In this document: positions 57,324 through 64,000 of the stretch, piece after piece
How the letters are laid out: the number at the start of each line of letters is the position of its first letter
How positions within the stretch are numbered: the stretch's first letter is position 1
Assembly: GCA_002104945.1 (NCBI GenBank)
Contig: MCFH01000002.1
Coordinates: 1,550,001-1,614,000, forward strand
Source: Piromyces finnis finn
Lineage: Eukaryota; Fungi; Neocallimastigomycota
Reading direction: 5' to 3'
Length of the DNA stretch: 64,000 nucleotides
Notes under the pieces: generated by a model
What the model saw: only the letters and a program-made list of their open reading frames with translations
Database searches by the model: none
What the model was told of the DNA's origin: nothing
Made by a program: the position numbers and the translations under genes

Positions 57324-60300
57324 AATACTGATAGTGATACTGATACTAACACTAATACTAATACTAATACTGATACTGATACTGATACTGATATTAATAC
57401 TAATACTGATACTAATATTAATGTTGATGCTGATATTGATACTAATACCAATACTAATGTTGATGCTAATACTGATACTAACACTAATACTGATACTAAT
57501 ACTGATACTGATACTAATACTAATAATAATAATAATATTAATGTTGATACTAATACTAATACTAATACTAATGTTGATGCTGATATTGATACTAATACCA
57601 ATACTAATGTTGATGTTGATGCTGATACTAACACTAATACTGATACTAATACTAATACTAATACTAATACTAATGTTGATGCTGATATTGATACTAATAC
57701 CAATACTAATGTTGATGCTGATGCTGATACTAACACTAATACTGATACTAATACTAATACTGATACTAATACTAATACTGATACTAATACTAATACTAAT
57801 ACTAATACTAATACTGATACTAATACTAATACTGATACTAATACTAATACTGATACTAATACTAATACTGATACTGATACTAATACTAATACTAATACTG
57901 ATACTAATACTAATACTGATACTGATACTAATACTAATACTGATACTGATACTGATATTGAAGATCTTTCATCAAGGAGTAAAAGAATGCATCATAATAA
58001 AATTCTTAGAAAAATAGAACATGAAATAATTAATCCTGATATTAGTTGCTTATTATCAAAAAATAAAAGAGTTTTAGAAAATGAAAGTGAAAATAATGAA
58101 TTAAATAAAAAAATTAAATTTCGAATGACTGAATCCGACTTTGAAAATATATCTGTAAAAAACGAAATACTACAGAGATTAGATATAGAAGATTCATCAA
58201 AAGAGAAAAAAATAAAGAGTAAAGCACTAAATATTGGTAATGAAAATTTATTCTTAAAAAATAAAAAAGTAATTCAAAATCCAAATAGAAATATTAATTC
58301 TTGTATAAATAAATCTGATGATGAGGCTTTAAATGAAAATTTAAAAAATGTAAATAGTACAATTTATCAAAATTCACTATCGAAAACTAACATTTCAGTA
58401 TCTCAAAAGAATATCGGATCCAAAATGGAAAATTTCAACAATGAAAAATTAATAATTGAAGCCGAGTCAGATACTGATTTGAAAAATCAAAATATATTCT
58501 TAAAAAGTAGAAAAAGATTATGGAGCGCTGCTAATAAGCAAGAAAAAATAGGAATTGAATCAAGAAGAAAAACCTCTGACAATAAAAATATATTATTAAG
58601 AAATGAAAAAGAAATGCAAAGTTTTGATAAAAATAAAAATTCACAAAGTGAAACTGAATCAGAAATGACTAATTCAAATAATGAAAATATATCATTAAGA
58701 AGTAGAAGAAAATTACGAAGTTTTGATAAAAATAGAAAACCACAAAATGAAACTGATTCAGAAATGACTAATTCAGATAATGAAAATCTATCACAAAGAA
58801 ATAGAAAAATATTACGAAATTCAAATAACAAAAAACAGCAAAATGAAATTGAATCAGAAATAACAGATTCAGAAGATGAAAAGCTATCATTAAGAAGTAA
58901 AAGAAGATTACGAAGCTTTAATAAAAATAGAAAACCACAAAATGAAACTGAATCAGAAATGACTAATTCAGAAAATGAAAATTTATTATTAAGAAGTGGA
59001 AGAAGATTACAAAGTTTTGATAAATATAGAAAATCACAAAATGAAACTGAATTAGAAATGACTAATTCAGATAGTGAAAATATATCATTAAGAAGTGGAA
59101 GAAGATTACGAGGTTTTGATAAATATAGAAAACCACAAAATGAAACTGAATCAGAAATGATTAATTCAGAAAATGAAAATTTATTATTAAGAAGTGGAAG
59201 AAGATTACAAAGTTTTGATAAATATAGAAAATCACAAAATGAAACTGAATCAGAAATGACTAATTCAGAAAATGAAAATTTATTATTAAGAAGTGGAAGA
59301 ATATTGCGAAATTCAAATAAAAATAGAAAACCACAAAATGAAACTGATTCAGAAATGACTAATTCAGATAATGAAAATCTATCACAAAGAAGTAGAAAAA
59401 TATTGCGAAATTCAGATAACAAAAAACAACAAAATGAAATTGAATCAGAAATAACAGGTTCAGAAAACGAAGAGTTATCATTAAAAAATAGAAAAAAATT
59501 GCGAAGTATCAATAAATACAGAAATTTTCAAGATGACCTTAAATCAGAAACAATTGATTCGGAAGACGAGGGTTTATCATTAAAAAGTGAGAAAAAACTA
59601 CAAAACTCAGATAAAAATAGAAAACCACAAAATGAAGCTGAATCAGAAGCAACTAATTCAGATAGTGAGAATTTATTATTAAGAAGTGGGAAAAAATTAC
59701 GAGAATTTGATAATATAAATAGAAAATCACAAAATGAAATTGAGTCTGATTCTGATAACCAAGGTTTATTTGTACGAGGAAAAAGTGTACCTGATAATAC
59801 TGATAAAACTATTAAAAATAATATACCCATTTCTCAAAAAAAAACAAATATAGAAATATCTGATTCAGAAGATGAAAGTTCATTAATAAATAAAGGAAGC
59901 GTATTAAGAAGTTCCAATAAAAAAACTAGAATTACTTATTATAATAACGGTTCTAATCCAATTAAGTATATTCCAAGAGATTTAGAAAATTATAATGATA
60001 TAAATTATTTTATCCATAATAAGCATAATGATTTTAAAAACAAACAAATCCATAAAAACACTAATTCAGATAATGAAAGTAATTCATCAGAAGAAAGCAA
60101 AGAAGATGATGACACTGATAATGAAACTAAAGAAGAAGCTTTAAAAAATAAAGTAATTATTGATAAAATGAAAAGACAGTATGAAACAGCAAAATATTTA
60201 TTATCTGAAAGAAGTAAAAAAATTGAAGAAATATTGTTACTTGAAGAAAACTGCGAACAAACTTTTTTATATATTAAACCATTAATTGGTGAGTACTATT

Positions 60301-60350
60301 CTGAAATTATATATAATATATATTTAGATTATTTGATATATTACTAATCT

Positions 60351-60401
<51 letters not shown>

Positions 60402-60506
60402 ATAGCTGAAATAGAAAATTATAAAAAAATGGTAAATAAAAATGATCATATAATAAATTATATGATCTTAGACATAGAAAATAATAGAAATATTAGAAAA
60501 ATTTAA
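52945..60506 (+). CDS. ~2,400-aa Asn-rich protein with helical N- and C-terminal regions, a T/N/D tract and ~12 tandem 32-33-aa repeats
   Basis: ORFs 52945-54087 and 54303-60347 join via a phase-0 intron 54073-54209. A phase-1 intron 60289-60405 would add a last exon ending 60506; otherwise the stop is 60347. Confidence 0.7.
57143..57960 (+). repeat. Coding (ACTAAT/ACTGAT)n compound microsatellite encoding T-N/T-D runs
   Basis: Directly visible; bracketed by two copies of TDTDTDIE(N/D)LSSRS(R/K)RM. Confidence 0.95.
58584..59757 (+). repeat. Coding 96-99-bp tandem repeat, ~12 units (EN.LLRSGRRL.SFDK.RK.QNETESEMTNS)
   Basis: Period visible in both DNA and protein. Confidence 0.93.
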
Positions 60507-60889
60507 ATAAAACATAGATATCTATTATAATAATTTAAAATACTATCAATAAAATTATATTTTATTGATAGTAATACTTGGTTTTTTAAAATAAACATTA
60601 AATAATCACATATAATAAAATTTAATTAAAATTCAGTATATTTTATTTTTATTATTTTGAATATTAATAATTTTGCTTTAATATTATTAATATATATATA
60701 TTGTGATTAATTATAAATAACTGTTTAAATATATATTAAACAAGAGAACAAAGAAAAAGAATACATGTTTATAAAATAAATTTACATGATATACTAATAT
60801 TAAAAATAATTATGTAATTATTTAAACAATTATTACAATTAAAATATATATTTGAATATCAAGTTAAATATTAATTTTAGTTTTTAATG

Positions 60890-63878
60890 TTAACATGAAT
60901 TCTTAATACTACACCTATAATTAGATAAACATTAACATTAATATAAAATTAGTTTATTTATAATAAAATTCTTTAGTATTAGCAATTACCATTCATTATT
61001 TTCAATTCCCCAATTTCCTGTTTCGTCACTATACGCAATGTTGCATGAAGAACAACAAGGATAACTATAATTATTATTGTTATTAGTAGTAGTAGTAGTA
61101 GTAATCAATAATGTTACAATATAAATTTAAATATTATACAATTTATAATTTAATTATTATTTATCCTTACCCTAAATTTAATCCAACACATGATTCAGCT
61201 GAACCTGATAAATTACATTTATCAGCTATTCCACACCAATTGTCGTTTTCTAATCCCCACTGTCCATCATTATCAATATATATAACATCAGTACAAGATG
61301 AACAACATTTATATCCTAATTTAGTAGAAAAGCATTCATTATTTCCTTTTATAATACCACACCTAATATAAAATGTTATTATATTTATAAAATATACTTA
61401 ATAAATTCTATCAAGAAATTTCATAAATCATTAATATTAAAACTAAAAAACTTTATCTACCATTCGCCATTTTCATATCCCCAATCACCATCATCATCAG
61501 TATAAACTATTTTGTTGCCTTCACAACATGAAAAACCCAATGCCATAGAAAAACTAATTATAAAAAAATAAAATAATTACAATTAAAATAAGTATTACTT
61601 TTATAAAATATTAATTAATAATTAATTGATTAATATTCTCTTTTAAATATTTACCAAGAGTTATTTGATGTGGCGAAACTTTCTGATGTAGTAGTCTTCT
61701 TTGGATTAGATGAACCTCCTGGAAGGCTTTCAATAACAACAGTGTCTGGAATAGTCGAATTTCTATAATCTATAATATTAATATTAATAAATTTATTGAT
61801 AGTTTTTATATATACAATTTTTTTATTAATTTTATTTATTTACTGGATTATAATACTTAATTATTATAACTACCTGGTGCTCTTGGTTTACATTGAGCAT
61901 AAAGATCATCATGAGATACACATTGACAACCATGACAACAGCATTTATTGCCTTGTTGAGTGGGAATACTATTATTTAAATATGGAAAAAAAAAGTTAAT
62001 TATAATATATAAATAAAAGAAAAAGCTTTTTTTAAAATAATTTACTTTGAACAAGTACTCCATAAATCACCACAACCATCAACTTTCCAGTAAATTGATG
62101 GTAAGTCAGTTCTTCCAATAGACTTCGTCTTTAATTTATATTCGCTTTTTTCCATCATTGCATCTAAAAATATTAACAAGTAATAATTATAAAAAAAAAT
62201 AAAATTAAATATTTCCTATCGCTTTTTATCATTAATGTATAATATATAATAAGATTTAATATTACTAGTAAATGGATCAATGGCAGCTACTAATTCATCT
62301 TCTTTAATAATATATTTATCTATATAATAATAAAAATAATAAACATATTAAATGATATATACTTTTATTTATATGCAATTAACTTTTCATAATTACCGGT
62401 TCCATAATAATCTTCACCGACAGTATACCAAAACATATTCATTGGAACATCAGCATCGAGGATTTGCTTTGTCCATGTTTTGTAATATTGAATACGTTCT
62501 TCTTTTGAACAGTCAGTTGGAATTTCAAGACCCCATTCTTCAAATACTACTGGTTTATTTAATTTTTTTCCTACAGCTTGATGTGATTCAATCCAATCTT
62601 TAGTATGAGAAACTAAATCTTTCATTCCCCATGGAATAGGATAATAATGATAAGTATTATAATCAATATTTGGAAGTGCTGTTAAAGCCTCAAAATCAGT
62701 ACCTTCATCATATTTGTATGCATATAATCCTTTAGATCCCTCTGGAGCTTCAAGACCAAAACCTATATTATTACAAAATATTCATTAATAATTTAATGTA
62801 TTATTTAAAAAAACTTTATATAATTATTTTTTTAAATAAATAAATATATATATATGTATTAATTACCTTCACACCCGACTGATACTAAGTGGTTGGGGTC
62901 TAGTTCTTTAATATATGAACTAATATCATTAGCCCATTCAGTTATAACCTCAGGAGTGCATTTACCTGATTGAGGAAGTCCAGAAGGACCATTTCCGCAT
63001 CTTGGCTCATTAGCTAATTGCCAAGAAAATATTGTAGGATCATCACTATAACGAATATTGGTATGACGATTAATACGAGTAATTAACAATTTAATATAGC
63101 TTTTGAATGCCTTACGGATATCTGTATTAGTATAGAAATCATCATGATATTTACCACCATAACCTTTAACCCATTCATCCATACCACCATAATCAGTCCA
63201 ATTATTCTTTATTGAAATAATACATTAATTAACTTATATTTAATATTCATATATTAATATATTAATAAATTTGTATATTAAAATTCATACAGTAAAACCT
63301 AAAACTAATCTGATATTTCTTTGTGATGCTGCTGCTATAAAGTAATCGATAGCTTCCATATTATCTTCAAGAAATACAGCCTTATAATATATTATATATC
63401 ATTATATATTATTTTAAATATCTTAAAATAAAATTATATATAATATTTTATATTAAGATTAAATACTTTTATTATGTTTTTATTACCTTTCCATTTTCAA
63501 ATTTCACAAATTGTTTGTCACCACACACCTTAAGATCACAAAATGCCCATGCACGAACTACTTGAATATTATGTTTTGCTGATACTTCTAATGCAAGATC
63601 CACCCTTTCATTTTGAGAACTATGTAAATAGTCTTTACATATATTATAATATATATTACATCATACACATTTTATTTCAATGGTTAGATTCTATTAATTA
63701 ATAAATGTTTTTTCTTTTATTTTTAAATAAATATACATGTATTTGTTCCAGAAAAATATATTTTGTAGCCATCAATATAAAAGTTTGTCCCTTCAGTGTA
63801 TACATAACCACCGAGGATTGCATATGTAGGAACCAGCAATAAAAAGAATAAATTTAATAATATCGTTAAATTTATCAT
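60890..63878 (-). CDS. Secreted GH5 glycoside hydrolase (beta-mannanase-like, probably subfamily 7) with CBM1-like module, linker and three fungal dockerins; cellulosome subunit
   Basis: Signal peptide [20 protein letters not shown]; [25 protein letters not shown] (acid/base Glu), [15 protein letters not shown] (nucleophile Glu). Three C..LG(F/Y).CC...Y.D.DG.WG.EN..WC repeats. Last micro-exon (W)CSIKNSC* at 60890-60914. Confidence 0.93.
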
Positions 63879-64000
63879 ATTAAGATGAAGTTAAAATATA
63901 TATATTATAAATATAAAGAAATTAAAGAAATAAGAAAAGAATAAAAAAAATAAAAAATATATATTTTTTTATTAAAAACACTTTTAATATAAAAATAGTT

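Overview
Very AT-rich, intron-rich eukaryotic DNA. A secreted GH5 with three fungal dockerins and a CFAP20DC-like flagellar gene point to an anaerobic gut fungus (Neocallimastigomycota). Genes in order: Gly-rich (QGGFGGP)n membrane-anchor protein, SRP72, a ~3,250-aa Asn-rich protein with an N-terminal Scm3 (CENP-A chaperone)-like domain, a CLC-family anion transporter, EB1/Bim1, a CHORD-CS protein, CFAP20DC-like, an uncharacterised multi-exon gene, an NAD(P)-dependent epimerase/dehydratase, a ~2,400-aa Asn-rich repeat protein and a GH5-CBM1-like-3x-dockerin enzyme. One non-LTR retrotransposon family appears as a full-length 5,568-bp TSD-flanked copy (25809-31376, minus) and as four or five derived or decayed pieces between 0.4 and 6.4 kb. 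Most interesting: (1) the structured 5' terminus of this LINE and a ~230-bp derivative keeping only the two termini; (2) a CLC with the gating Glu changed to Gln and the central Tyr to Phe; (3) a tandem array of LANA/IL-33-like LRSG[RK] motifs; (4) the giant Scm3-like protein. All family calls are by-eye motif recognition; no searches were run.
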